A stretch of DNA of 64,000 nt from NCBI GenBank assembly GCA_029212365.1, contig JARGOC010000010.1:13441-77440 (forward strand). The letters run 5' to 3'. Both the position numbers and the translations under genes were made by a program. Positions within the stretch are counted from its first letter, which is position 1. Every line of letters starts with the position of its first letter. Positions 29,215-39,219 of this stretch are shown here, piece after piece. The notes beneath the pieces are model-generated. The model worked only from the letters and a program-made list of their open reading frames with translations. It was not told the origin of the DNA and ran no database searches. This stretch comes from Roseovarius sp. Its GTDB lineage: Bacteria > Pseudomonadota > Alphaproteobacteria > Rhodobacterales > Rhodobacteraceae.

Positions 29215-30281
29215 CAGCTGTCGTCTTGGCCTTTGAGGCCGGTATAGAGGCGGCTTGATTTGTAGCGCGCAATGACAAAGCGTGCCAGTACCCCCAAGGC
29301 CGCAGCCACAGGAACGGCGACCAGCATTCCGACAAAGCCAAAGAGCATGCCAAAGACCGACAGCGCAAAGATCAGCCAGACCGGGTGCAGCCCAACGGAT
29401 TTGCCGACAAGTTTCGGGGTCAGCACATTGCCTTCCAGCACTTGCCCCAGAACAAATACCCCGGCGACCAGCCCGATACTGAGCCAATCCCCCCAGAACT
29501 GGAACAGGGCCAGCCCGATGGCCAATGCGCCACCCAGAAGGGCCCCAACATAAGGAATGAAAGTGATAAGGCCGGCAAAAGCCCCCACAACCAGCCCGAA
29601 CTGTAGCCCCACCAGCATCAAGGCAACGGCATAATACGTTCCAAGGACCAGGCAAACTGTGCCCATACCACGAATGAAACTGGCCAGCGTTGTGTCAATC
29701 TGCCGGGCAAGATCACGCACGACCGGGGCATGATCGCGTGGCAGCAGATCGTCGATGCTGGCGACCATACGATCCCAGTCATACAGCAGGTAGAAGGCCA
29801 CCACCGGCACGATGACGAACAACAATGCGATATTGATGATCGAGGCAGCAGAGGTGAGCAGTGAATTCAGCAACTCTCCACCGTGTTCCTGCACCTTATC
29901 GCCCACGGCCAACAGGGAATTGTGCAAGGTGGAGCCCGGTTCAACCAGTTGCGGAAAGCGTTCGGTCAGGAAGGTCTGCAGATCATGGGCCAACTGCGGT
30001 GCCGTGTTAAACAGCGCGATGGCCTGTTCGATCAAAGTGGGCAGCACCAGCAGGGCCATGATGACAAAAATCATCACTGCAATCAGGGTGATAATGGTGA
30101 CTGAAATGGCGCGTGTGCAGCCCATTGTCTCTAACCGGTCTGCCACTGGATCAAGGAAATAGGCAATGGCACCGCCCAAAACAAAGGGCAGGATCACATC
30201 GCCCAAAAACCACAGGGCCAAAAACAGGACCACCGCAGCGATCCCCCAATATCTGAGCTGTGTGTTCACGGGTAGGGCCAT
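29214..30281 (-). CDS. AI-2E family transporter (PerM/YhhT, UPF0118)
   Basis: ATG at 30279-30281 ([13 protein letters not shown]) with GAGG upstream. Multi-pass membrane protein. The stop overlaps the hdaA ATG by 1 nt. Confidence 0.85.
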   Translation of the reverse strand: MALPVNTQLRYWGIAAVVLFLALWFLGDVILPFVLGGAIAYFLDPVADRLETMGCTRAISVTIITLIAVMIFVIMALLVLPTLIEQAIALFNTAPQLAHDLQTFLTERFPQLVEPGSTLHNSLLAVGDKVQEHGGELLNSLLTSAASIINIALLFVIVPVVAFYLLYDWDRMVASIDDLLPRDHAPVVRDLARQIDTTLASFIRGMGTVCLVLGTYYAVALMLVGLQFGLVVGAFAGLITFIPYVGALLGGALAIGLALFQFWGDWLSIGLVAGVFVLGQVLEGNVLTPKLVGKSVGLHPVWLIFALSVFGMLFGFVGMLVAVPVAAALGVLARFVIARYKSSRLYTGLKGQDDS

Positions 30282-30485
30282 GGGTGCCTCGGGACTTGGG
30301 GTCAGTTCCCTTACAATCGCCCTTGGTGCGCAGTGTTGCAAGGGACGGCGTGTAAAAAGAGCACCCGGCGTGGCATTGTTTCAGCAAACAAGGGCAGGCG
30401 CAATTTTCGATGCTCTCTTGGCTTGTTTCACAGGGTGCAAAGCCTTAAACCGCCCAGAGCCGAGTCATCAGCCCGAGGAAACCTC

Positions 30486-31826
30486 ATGCGCCTGTCCCGT
30501 TATTTTCTGCCCGTCCTGAAGGAAAACCCCTCTGAGGCGCAGATTGTCAGCCACAGATTGATGCTGCGGGCGGGGATGATCAAACAATCCAGCGCCGGGA
30601 TTTATTCATGGTTGCCGATGGGGTTTAAGGTGCTGCGCAAGCTGGAAAACATCGTGCACGAAGAGCAGGTGCGCGCAGGTCATATTCCGATGCTGATGCC
30701 CACGATCCAGCCCGCCGATCTGTGGCGTGAGAGCGGGCGCTATGATGCATATGGCGATGAGCTGCTGCGCATCCGCGACCGGCATGACCGCGATATGCTG
30801 TATGGGCCGACCAATGAGGAAATGGTCACCGACATTTTCCGCAGCCATGTGGGCAGCTATAAGGATTTGCCGCTGACGCTCTATCATATCCAGTGGAAAT
30901 TCCGCGATGAGCGCCGCCCGCGCTTTGGCGTGATGCGTGGCCGCGAGTTTTTCATGAAGGACGGGTATAATTTTGACCTGACCAAGGAAGACGCGCTGCA
31001 CGCCTATAATCGCCATTTGGTCAGCTATCTGCGCACCTATGAACGCATGGGCCTGCAGGCCATTCCGATGCGCGCTGATGGCGGCCCGATTGGGGGGGAT
31101 TACACGCATGAGTTTCTGGTGTTGGCGGAAACCGGTGAATCCGAGGTGTTCTATGACAGCGCCGTGACTGATCTGAACTTTGGCGATCGTGAGATTGACT
31201 ATGATGATGTCGCGCAATGTCAGGCCATTCTGGAGGAGTTCACCACAAAATACGCCCGCACCGACGAAACCCATGATGAGGCCAAATTCAACGACGTCCC
31301 AGAAGAGCGCCGCCGCACCGCACGCGGGATCGAAGTGGGGCAGATCTTTTACTTTGGCACCAAATATTCTGAGGCGATGGGGGCCACAGTGCAAGGCCCT
31401 GACGGCAAGCCAACGCCAGTGCATATGGGCAGCCACGGGATTGGTGTCAGCCGTCTGGTGGGCGCGATCATCGAGGCCAGCCATGACGACAAGGGCATCA
31501 TCTGGCCCGAAGGTGTGACTCCCTATCATTGCGGGATTGTGAACCTCAAGCAGGGCGACGATGAGGCCGATGCGGCCTGTGATGCGCTTTATGCCAGCCT
31601 GACAGCACTTGGGCTTGAGCCGCTATATGATGACCGCAAGGAGCGGGCAGGCGGCAAGTTTGCCACCATGGATCTGATTGGCCTGCCCTGGCGCATCACC
31701 GTGGGGCCACGCGGCCTGAAAAACGGTGTGGTTGAACTGACCAGCCGCCGCACCGGCGAGAGCGAAGAACTGCCACCCCAACAGGCTGTGGAACGCATTG
31801 CACAGATATATGCCGCCCTTGGCTGA
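30486..31826 (+). CDS. proS: Proline--tRNA ligase (short alphaproteobacterial type)
   Basis: Start [30 protein letters not shown] (ATG 30486), class II motifs, about 446 aa. Confidence 0.95.
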   Translation: MRLSRYFLPVLKENPSEAQIVSHRLMLRAGMIKQSSAGIYSWLPMGFKVLRKLENIVHEEQVRAGHIPMLMPTIQPADLWRESGRYDAYGDELLRIRDRHDRDMLYGPTNEEMVTDIFRSHVGSYKDLPLTLYHIQWKFRDERRPRFGVMRGREFFMKDGYNFDLTKEDALHAYNRHLVSYLRTYERMGLQAIPMRADGGPIGGDYTHEFLVLAETGESEVFYDSAVTDLNFGDREIDYDDVAQCQAILEEFTTKYARTDETHDEAKFNDVPEERRRTARGIEVGQIFYFGTKYSEAMGATVQGPDGKPTPVHMGSHGIGVSRLVGAIIEASHDDKGIIWPEGVTPYHCGIVNLKQGDDEADAACDALYASLTALGLEPLYDDRKERAGGKFATMDLIGLPWRITVGPRGLKNGVVELTSRRTGESEELPPQQAVERIAQIYAALG

Positions 31827-32076
31827 TGAACTATGGTCAGCGACGAGTGACAAGGGGTGTGCGACGCGCTTTGATGCGGTGACATTGGCCCTCGCAACGC
31901 TGAGCGATTTCAAACCGGCATTGCGGCTGAATTTTGAAGGGCTTGTCTTGCGATAGCCGGTTTTAGGTGGGGCTTGGATTGCTTTGGGGCATTTGTCTGC
32001 TGGCGTCGTGGCGTTTGACTTGACCTCAGGAGGTGCAACACGCACTGTCCGCCAAAACAAGAACCGAGGTACCACA

Positions 32077-33366
32077 TTGGCAGGCACACCCGCACCATTT
32101 GCCCCATTTGAATGGATGATCGCCTGGCGGTATCTGCGCGCCAAGCGTGCCGATGGTGGCGTCAGTGTCATGACCTGGATCAGCCTGATTGGTATCACTC
32201 TGGCGGTGTTCGCATTGATAGCCACTTTGGCTGTGCGGTCTGGTTTTCGGGCCGAATTTGTGGATACTATTCTGGGCTCAAACGCGCATGTGACGGTGTA
32301 TTCCATCGGTCAGGTCGACGAGGTGACGGGACGCATTGACCGAACGCTGACTGATTATGACGCGCTGGCCGACAAGGTGCGCGGAGTTGAGGGTGTCACC
32401 CGTGTGGCCCCTTTGGTGAAGGGGCAGGTCATGGCCAATGCCCGCAGCCGGAATTCTGGTGTGCAAGTGTTTGGTATCACGCAGGAAAACCTAAAAACCA
32501 TTCCTCGAATTGCCAACCCGGAAACGGGTGTCGGCAGTATTGAGGACTTTGCGCAAGGGGTCGCTATTGGCTCCGGCGTGGCGCGGGAATTGGGTGTTGG
32601 CGTCGGTGATCGGATCAAACTGATTTCACCCAACGGGGTGAAAACGGCCTTTGGCACCAGCCCGCGGATCAAGGCCTATGATGTGGTCTATATCTTCACC
32701 GCCGGGCGCTATGATATTGATCGCACACGGATTTATATGCCGTTCGCCGAGGCGCAGAGCTATTTCAACCGCGAGGGCGTGGCGGATGAACTGGAAGTCA
32801 TGGTTACCGCGCCGGAACGCATTGATGATATGTCGCTGGCCTTGTTGCTTGCAGCCGGTGAGCGCAGCCAGGTCTGGACGTGGAAGGACCAGTCGGGCAG
32901 TTTTCTGCGCGCGCTTGAGGTCGAAGACAACGTGATGTTTGTGATCCTGTCCATCCTCGTGCTGATCGCCGCGATGAACATCACCAGTGGCTTGATTATG
33001 CTGGTGAAAAACAAGGGCCGCGATATTGGCATTCTGCGCACCATGGGGCTGACGGAAGGGTCTATCCTGCGGGTGTTTTTCATTTGCGGCGCGTTTACCG
33101 GGATCATTGGCACGGCCATGGGTGTCATTCTGGGCTGCCTCTTTGCGATCTACATCGACCCGCTTTTCAGCCTGGTGAATTACCTGATGGGGGGGCAGGT
33201 GTGGGATCCGTCCATTCGCGATATTTACCATTTGCCGGCCAAGCTGCAATTTGGTGATGTGATGTCGGCAGTGGGGCTGTCGCTGGGATTGTCCTTTGTG
33301 GTGACAATCTTTCCCGCGCGCCGTGCGGCACGGATGAACCCGGTCGAGGCGCTGCGTTATGAGTGA
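32077..33366 (+). CDS. Lipoprotein-releasing ABC transporter permease (LolC/E family)
   Basis: [19 protein letters not shown]-terminus, MacB-like periplasmic domain, FtsX C-terminus. Start candidates are TTG 32077 (GAGG 8 nt upstream), TTG 31984 and ATG 32116. Confidence 0.85.
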   Translation: MAGTPAPFAPFEWMIAWRYLRAKRADGGVSVMTWISLIGITLAVFALIATLAVRSGFRAEFVDTILGSNAHVTVYSIGQVDEVTGRIDRTLTDYDALADKVRGVEGVTRVAPLVKGQVMANARSRNSGVQVFGITQENLKTIPRIANPETGVGSIEDFAQGVAIGSGVARELGVGVGDRIKLISPNGVKTAFGTSPRIKAYDVVYIFTAGRYDIDRTRIYMPFAEAQSYFNREGVADELEVMVTAPERIDDMSLALLLAAGERSQVWTWKDQSGSFLRALEVEDNVMFVILSILVLIAAMNITSGLIMLVKNKGRDIGILRTMGLTEGSILRVFFICGAFTGIIGTAMGVILGCLFAIYIDPLFSLVNYLMGGQVWDPSIRDIYHLPAKLQFGDVMSAVGLSLGLSFVVTIFPARRAARMNPVEALRYE

Positions 33367-34051
33367 TGTGATGCTGCGGCTGACGGATATCAGCAAAGCC
33401 TATAACTCGGGATCATCGCATGAGGTGAGCGTTCTGTCCGGCGTCGGGCTGGAGTTGCATGCGGGTGAAATGGTGGCGCTGGTGGCGCCCTCGGGGGCAG
33501 GCAAGTCCACGCTGTTGCACATCGCCGGTCTGTTGGACACGCCAGACAGCGGGACGGTGGAAATTGCGGGCACGGATATGACTGGCCTTTCTGATCGCCG
33601 ACGCACGATTGCACGGCGGCGCGACGTTGGGTTTATCTATCAGTTCCATCATTTGCTGCCAGAATTCACCGCGCGCGAAAACATCGTATTGCCGCAGCTG
33701 GCCAATGGCGTGACACGGGCCAAAGCCGAAGCGCGCGCCGATGATTTGTTGGCGCGTGTGGGCGTGGGGCACCGGGCCGGGCATCGGCCGTCGGCCATGT
33801 CAGGGGGCGAGCAACAGCGCGTGGCCTTCTGCCGGGCGCTGGCCAATGGCCCACGTCTGTTGTTGGCGGATGAGCCGACAGGTAATCTGGACCCAGCCAC
33901 ATCCGATCAGGTGTTTCAGGCGCTTGTTGATCTGGTGCGTGACACCGGATTGGCCGCGTTGATTGCCACGCACAACCTTGATCTGGCGGCGCGTATGGAC
34001 CGTGTCGTGCGGCTGGATCAGGGACGGATCAAAGCGCAAGAGATACCGTGA
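33359..34051 (+). CDS. lolD: Lipoprotein-releasing system ATP-binding protein
   Basis: 230 aa. Walker [10 protein letters not shown], signature [10 protein letters not shown], Walker B LLLADEPT. Overlaps the permease stop. Confidence 0.9.
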   Translation: MSDVMLRLTDISKAYNSGSSHEVSVLSGVGLELHAGEMVALVAPSGAGKSTLLHIAGLLDTPDSGTVEIAGTDMTGLSDRRRTIARRRDVGFIYQFHHLLPEFTARENIVLPQLANGVTRAKAEARADDLLARVGVGHRAGHRPSAMSGGEQQRVAFCRALANGPRLLLADEPTGNLDPATSDQVFQALVDLVRDTGLAALIATHNLDLAARMDRVVRLDQGRIKAQEIP

Positions 34052-34091
34052 CAGCGTTGCTGGCGGTCATCAGTACGAAGGACAATAGCCA

Positions 34092-35075
34092 ATGCCGATG
34101 ATTGCACTGGATGAGATCGAAGCCACAACCAAAACCGCCCTTGAACGCCACGGAGCTGCGCCTTGGGTGGCTGATGAGGTGGCCCATGCGGTGCGCAAAG
34201 CCGAAGCAGTGGGCAATAAAATCTGTGGGCTGTATTATCTGGAAAGCTACTGCACCCAGCTGGCATCGGGGCGGGTAAAGGGTGATGTCGAGCCGGTTGT
34301 GAGCCGCCCCAAACCCGCCACTGTGATGGTGGATGCCAAGTTTGGCTTTGCTCAGGCGGCATTTGCACGCGCCTTGCCCGAGGCGCTGGCAGCGGTGCGC
34401 GACAACGGCACGGCCAGTCTGGCGGTGGGGCATGCGCATACCTGCACATCCCTGGGCTTTTTCACCGAACAGATTGCACGCGCAGGCTTTGTGGCGTTGG
34501 GCTTGACCAATGCATCGCCCATAGTTGCCCCACCGGGGGGCAAAACGCGGGTGATTGGTACCAATCCGATAGCGTTTTCCGTGCCGGATGGCAAAGGCGG
34601 CATAGCCATGCAGTTTGATCAATCCACCACCACTGTGGCACTGGGCAAGATCACCATGGCCAAAGCGGCGGGCCAGAGCATCCCTGAGGGCTGGGCCGTG
34701 GATGCAGATGGCAAGCCCACGACGGATCCGGCCGCAGCACTGGGCGGCTCTTTGGTGTCCATGGGCGGCTATAAGGGCTGGGGCTTTGGCCTGATGGCCG
34801 AGCTGCTGGCCGCAGGCATGACGGGCGGCGTGGCCAGCCAGGATGTGAAACCTCTGAAAGCCCCCGAAGGCCCGCCACATGATCTGGGGCAATATTATTT
34901 GCTGATGGACCCGGATACCTCGGGCATGTTTTTTGATCGCCTGGAGCAGGTCGCGCAAGCGGTTGCACTGGACGAAGCTGCGCGGATACCGGGGCAGGGC
35001 AAGCGTGGCACTGATCCGGTCGAAATTGAGGATAAAACCTGGGCGCAGGTGCTGGAACTGGCAGGGCGCACGTGA
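34092..35075 (+). CDS. Ldh_2 family (malate/L-lactate/sulfolactate-type) NAD(P)-dependent oxidoreductase
   Basis: 327 aa. AHTCTSLGFF, GTNPIAFSVP, GGYKGWGFGLMAELL motifs typical of the Ldh_2 family. Confidence 0.8.
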   Translation: MPMIALDEIEATTKTALERHGAAPWVADEVAHAVRKAEAVGNKICGLYYLESYCTQLASGRVKGDVEPVVSRPKPATVMVDAKFGFAQAAFARALPEALAAVRDNGTASLAVGHAHTCTSLGFFTEQIARAGFVALGLTNASPIVAPPGGKTRVIGTNPIAFSVPDGKGGIAMQFDQSTTTVALGKITMAKAAGQSIPEGWAVDADGKPTTDPAAALGGSLVSMGGYKGWGFGLMAELLAAGMTGGVASQDVKPLKAPEGPPHDLGQYYLLMDPDTSGMFFDRLEQVAQAVALDEAARIPGQGKRGTDPVEIEDKTWAQVLELAGRT

Positions 35076-35208
35076 GGTGTTCTGCGTGTTTTGGCCGTGG
35101 CTTATTCAGCGAAGGTGCGGGCGCATATGAGCCCCTCCAGTTGCCCGCAAAGATGTGCCCCCCAATCCACAGAATGTGGCAAGTCGGCGATGTTGTTTGA
35201 TCAAATTG

Positions 35209-35655
35209 TCAGACCAGTTGGGCCACAAAAATGCCTGCCGCCATTAGGCCAAAGCCCGCTGCACGCGTAAGGGACAAGGGCGAAACTTGCGCGCCAAACA
35301 TGCCGAAATGATCAATCACGGCGGCACTGATCAACTGACCAAGCAGAACAAGGAACACTGCATTTCCGACGCCCAAATGTGGCGCCACAAAGGTGATCGA
35401 CAGCACATAGAATGCCACAAGTATGCCCGCCAAAAAGAGATGTTTAGGCGCGCTTACTGCCTGGGAAATGGCAGAGGTCTGACCAATCGCGATGAGCACA
35501 ATCAATGCGGTCACAAAGGCCACAACAAAAAGGATCGCCCCTGCCGCGACAGGTGAATTTATCCGGGCGCCTAGGGCTGCGTTCATTGCGGCCAGCACCG
35601 GTATACCGATCCCAGCCAAAAGCATAAGGGTGACATATTGGGTTGTGACGGGCAT
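35209..35655 (-). CDS. DMT-superfamily membrane protein (DUF606/YdcZ-like)
   Basis: Start MPVTTQYVTLMLLAGIGIPVLAAMNAALG. About 148 aa with five hydrophobic segments. Confidence 0.7.
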   Translation of the reverse strand: MPVTTQYVTLMLLAGIGIPVLAAMNAALGARINSPVAAGAILFVVAFVTALIVLIAIGQTSAISQAVSAPKHLFLAGILVAFYVLSITFVAPHLGVGNAVFLVLLGQLISAAVIDHFGMFGAQVSPLSLTRAAGFGLMAAGIFVAQLV

Positions 35656-35774
35656 TGGTGTCTCCTGCGAGTGATGTTTGGCGCAACATGGCACGTCAGG
35701 TGGCGCTGATCCAGATCAATGCGAAGGCAATGCTACTGGAGGATAATGAATAAAAGATCGCAAAGGGCAGGCAT

Positions 35775-36167
35775 ATGATGAAATTGGCATGGTTGGGTGT
35801 TTTGGCGCTGGCGGGGTGCACGCAAGTGCCCGAAACGCCAGACCCGGGTCGCGAAATTTATATGGGGTATTGCGTGAGCTGTCATGGGGCTGACGCGCGA
35901 GGCGACGGGCCGTTGGCGGGCGATCTTCCTGTACATCCGTCGGATTTGACCGGGTTGTCAGCACGTAACGGCGGGGTCTTTCCCAGCGTGCAGGTGATGG
36001 CGCAGATCTATGGCTATCCGGGGCGGTATCAAACTCATGTGATGCCCGAATTCGGGCCTGAACTGGAAGGCCGCAACGTGCAATGGAGCGATGAGACCGG
36101 CGCAGTGGTGGATACACCCCAAGCATTGCTGGACCTTAAAAACTATCTTGAAACCATTCAGGAGTAA
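35775..36167 (+). CDS. c-type cytochrome, lipoprotein-anchored
   Basis: Signal/lipobox MMKLAWLGVLALAGC, heme motif CVSCHG, later Met ligand region. Confidence 0.75.
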   Translation: MMKLAWLGVLALAGCTQVPETPDPGREIYMGYCVSCHGADARGDGPLAGDLPVHPSDLTGLSARNGGVFPSVQVMAQIYGYPGRYQTHVMPEFGPELEGRNVQWSDETGAVVDTPQALLDLKNYLETIQE

Positions 36168-36198
36168 TCCTGCAAGCCCAATCAAAGGAGCCCCAACA

Positions 36199-36615
36199 AT
36201 GAGTTTGAAACACATATGGATGTTACTGAGCCTTGCTTTTTTTGCAGGCGGTGCCATGGCCGAAGACGGCGATGCGATGAACGGCAAAGTGGTGTTTGAG
36301 CGCCATTGCGCGGCTTGCCACGGATTAGAGGCCACGGGGCATGGCCCAATGGTCACGGTGCTGACGTTGCCGCCTGCGGATCTGACTAAGCTAAGCGCAA
36401 AGGATGGCGGGGCGTTCCCGCTTGTTCGGGTTGTCAAACGGATTGATGGGCGTGATCCGCTGGTGTCTCACGGCAGTCCGATGCCGGTCTATGGTGACTT
36501 CTTTGAAGGGCAAGATGTGATGAGCAAAAGCCAGAGCGGTCAGCCCATTGCCACAAGCCAGCCCGTGGCTGATCTGGTGGCCTATCTTCAGAGCCTTCAG
36601 ATGGAACAGGAGTGA
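36199..36615 (+). CDS. c-type cytochrome, periplasmic (paralog of the preceding gene)
   Basis: Start MSLKHIWMLLSLAFFAGGAMA (ATG 36199, AAAGGAG upstream). Heme motif CAACHG. Shares the P(A/S)DLT.LSA.(N/D)GG.FP block with the upstream gene. Confidence 0.75.
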   Translation: MSLKHIWMLLSLAFFAGGAMAEDGDAMNGKVVFERHCAACHGLEATGHGPMVTVLTLPPADLTKLSAKDGGAFPLVRVVKRIDGRDPLVSHGSPMPVYGDFFEGQDVMSKSQSGQPIATSQPVADLVAYLQSLQMEQE

Positions 36616-36919
36616 TTAGACACCGTTTCGCGCTGGTCTTTTTGTCATGGCAGGCGCAGAAAAAATGGATTTTCAGCCTGATGAAAGGCGAGGACGGCTG
36701 GAAAAACAATGCGGTGAAACATCAGGACATTCCTGACGATTTTGCCTGAAATTTTGCACTCAATGTGCCAGAGCACCGCGCGGTGCTGTTAAACACGGTT
36801 AATCCCTTGTTGCTAAATCCCTCAGCCACCGGGCGCGCCCCGGCCAGGCGAAACATATGACATCGCCTCGGCAAGCCTAAGAAACAGGCGAGGGCCGGGA
36901 GATGCAGAAAGGGATTTGA

Positions 36920-39211
36920 ATGAACAAGGCAGTCACCGATGGCATCGTTTTCATGCCACCCAGCTTTGCCGATGGGCTTGATGTGTGGTCCAGCGGCGAT
37001 GGTACTCCGGGCTCGGATACATACGAGAACGATGCCAATGCGGCCTATGTTCCGGCGGATCAGGACTTTGGCGCAGCGCTGGAGTTGTTGAAAACGGATG
37101 CAACCCAGAAAATCCGCTTTATGGGCGACACGCCGATCCTGCCGGGGTGCTACATCCAGATCAAGGCGCGGGTGAAAGCCATCAGCGGCGCGTTGCCATC
37201 AGTGCGCATTGCCGGTTGGGCCGGGCGCGCGGGAGGCGCCCATTTGGGCGGCGTGACCGAAGTCGGGCCAGCGACCCCTTTGACCAGCTATGGAGAGGTG
37301 GTTGAGGTGACTGGGATTGTCGGTGTGGGTCTGCGCGGCGGGGTGGACATGCCTTGGGGGCCACAAGCCATTTTCGGGCATTTTGGCCTGGATCTGACCG
37401 GTGCATCGGGTGGCATCATTCGGGTGGACGATATTGAGATCACCGACGCCACAGAGTATTTCCTGCGTGATCTGATGGATTGGGTTGATGTGCGTGATTA
37501 CGGCGCGCTGGGCAATGGCAGCACGGATGATCATGCGGCGTTTGAGGCCGCAGATGCCGCTGCGAATGGCCGCGAAGTGCTGGTGCCTGCGGGGACGTAC
37601 CGCCTGAATGACAGTGTTACCTTTCAGAACCGCGTGCGGTTTCAGGGCAAGGTGACGATGCCGGATGACAAAATACTGGCCCTCACCAAAAACTATGACC
37701 TCCCGGCCTATATTGACGCCTTTGACGACGAAGAACTGGCGTTCAAAAAGGCGTATCAGGCATTGCTGAACAACTCAGGGCACGAGTCTCTGGACCTTGG
37801 TGGGCGACTGATTGCAGTGCGTGCGCCCATAGATATGCATGCGGCTGTGGCCAACAAGAGCACGTTCAAACAGCGCAGATATATCCGCAATGGTCAGTTT
37901 TCGATCGTGCCCGGCGCGAATTGGGATACGGAGGTTTTTACCTCCTCGGGAACATATTCACCCTCGAACTCAAAAACCCTTACGGGGGTGAGCAATGTGG
38001 CGAATATCCCTGTTGGCGCGCTGATCGAGGGCAATGGTGTGGGACGTGAAGTCTATGTGAGATCCAAAAATGTTGGCTCGCAGAGCATCACATTGAGTGC
38101 GCCATTGTATGATGCGGCGGGCACGCAGATTTTTACCTTCCGCCGGTTCAAGTACATTCTGGATTTCTCTGGCTTTGATCAGATTTCCAAGTTTTCGATG
38201 TCCAATGTGGATCTGCAATGCTCGGGGGATTGCAGTGCAATCTTATTGCCGCCCTCGGGTACCGGGTTTCAACTGCGCGACTGCTTTATCACCTCGCCCA
38301 AAGATCGTGGCATTTCCAGTCATGGCGAGGGCGATCAGGGGATGATGATTGACCGTTGCCAGTTCCTGTCGGCCGAGAGCCCGCTGTTGGTGAACAATCG
38401 GGTGTCTATTGGGCTGAACGCCAACGGAAATGATGTGAAAATCCGCAACAACCGAGTGGTGCATTTCAAGCATTTTGCGATCTTGGGCGGGTCCAGTTCT
38501 ATCATCCTGGGCAATCACATTTTCCAAGGGGATTCAGGCCCTGTGGGACCACGAGATGCGGGAATTGTGCTGACGCGCACCAACAACCGCGCGACCATCA
38601 CGGGCAATTATATTTGCGATTGTTCGGTGGTCTGGGCCAATGAACATGACGAAGCGCCTTGGTTCTCAAGCGAGTTTTCGTTCAGTGGACTCAGCATCAC
38701 AGGCAATGTGTTTTTGTCGCAGAGCACGGCACCCTGGTTCAACTTTATCACTGTGCAACCCCATGGCGGGGGGCACTTTATCAACGGCCTGGCCGTGACC
38801 GGCAATACGTTCCGGTTGATTGACGGCAGTATTGACAGGGTTGAGGGGATCGACACCAGCTTTGCCAATATGGATTTCAACCGGTTCCAGAACATCACAT
38901 TCGCCAACAATACCTACAACAACGTAAATGAAGGCGTGGCGAATCCGCTGGTGATTGATCACAATGAGGCCAGCGAGCAGAGTGTCTGGGATGTGCAATT
39001 GGCGCCTAAATTGCCGTTCAAAGCATGGGTGCAAAGCGTGGAATCGGTGATGATTTCCGGGCCTGCCCGTGACACGTCGGGGGCGGTTTACTACGGGGTG
39101 CCGTTTTACCAGGCCAAGCAAGGACCAAACAAAGACCGGGTTCGCCTGAATTGGGAAAAACCGGTCAAAGGGACGGTGACGATGCGGGTGCGGATTGACG
39201 ATCCTATCTGA
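36920..39211 (+). CDS. Right-handed parallel beta-helix protein (pectate-lyase-3 / tailspike-like) with N-terminal beta-sandwich-like domain; no signal peptide
   Basis: 763 aa. VDVRDYGALGNGSTDDHAAFEAADAAANGREVLVPAGTYRL (nt about 37481-37555) is the hallmark start of Pectate_lyase_3 / tailspike-type beta-helices. Multiple PbH1-like repeats follow (IRNNRV, ILGNHIF, ITGNYI, ITGNVF, VTGNTF). Confidence 0.8.
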   Translation: MNKAVTDGIVFMPPSFADGLDVWSSGDGTPGSDTYENDANAAYVPADQDFGAALELLKTDATQKIRFMGDTPILPGCYIQIKARVKAISGALPSVRIAGWAGRAGGAHLGGVTEVGPATPLTSYGEVVEVTGIVGVGLRGGVDMPWGPQAIFGHFGLDLTGASGGIIRVDDIEITDATEYFLRDLMDWVDVRDYGALGNGSTDDHAAFEAADAAANGREVLVPAGTYRLNDSVTFQNRVRFQGKVTMPDDKILALTKNYDLPAYIDAFDDEELAFKKAYQALLNNSGHESLDLGGRLIAVRAPIDMHAAVANKSTFKQRRYIRNGQFSIVPGANWDTEVFTSSGTYSPSNSKTLTGVSNVANIPVGALIEGNGVGREVYVRSKNVGSQSITLSAPLYDAAGTQIFTFRRFKYILDFSGFDQISKFSMSNVDLQCSGDCSAILLPPSGTGFQLRDCFITSPKDRGISSHGEGDQGMMIDRCQFLSAESPLLVNNRVSIGLNANGNDVKIRNNRVVHFKHFAILGGSSSIILGNHIFQGDSGPVGPRDAGIVLTRTNNRATITGNYICDCSVVWANEHDEAPWFSSEFSFSGLSITGNVFLSQSTAPWFNFITVQPHGGGHFINGLAVTGNTFRLIDGSIDRVEGIDTSFANMDFNRFQNITFANNTYNNVNEGVANPLVIDHNEASEQSVWDVQLAPKLPFKAWVQSVESVMISGPARDTSGAVYYGVPFYQAKQGPNKDRVRLNWEKPVKGTVTMRVRIDDPI

Positions 39212-39219
39212 TTTCAGCG

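Noticed and set aside
28549-29655. 368-aa version of the hdaA ORF
   Set aside because: The N-terminal 147 aa (Cys/Gly/Arg-rich) overlap the AI-2E transporter gene in another frame. Hda-like sequence, including the Walker A motif, starts at MPRQLSFDL (29214), where the start overlaps the upstream stop.
36789-36802. Possible CtrA box (TTAA...TTAA) upstream of the beta-helix gene, which would have supported a GTA link
   Set aside because: The spacing is TTAA-N6-TTAA, whereas the CtrA consensus as I know it is TTAA-N7-TTAA. I therefore do not count it as evidence.
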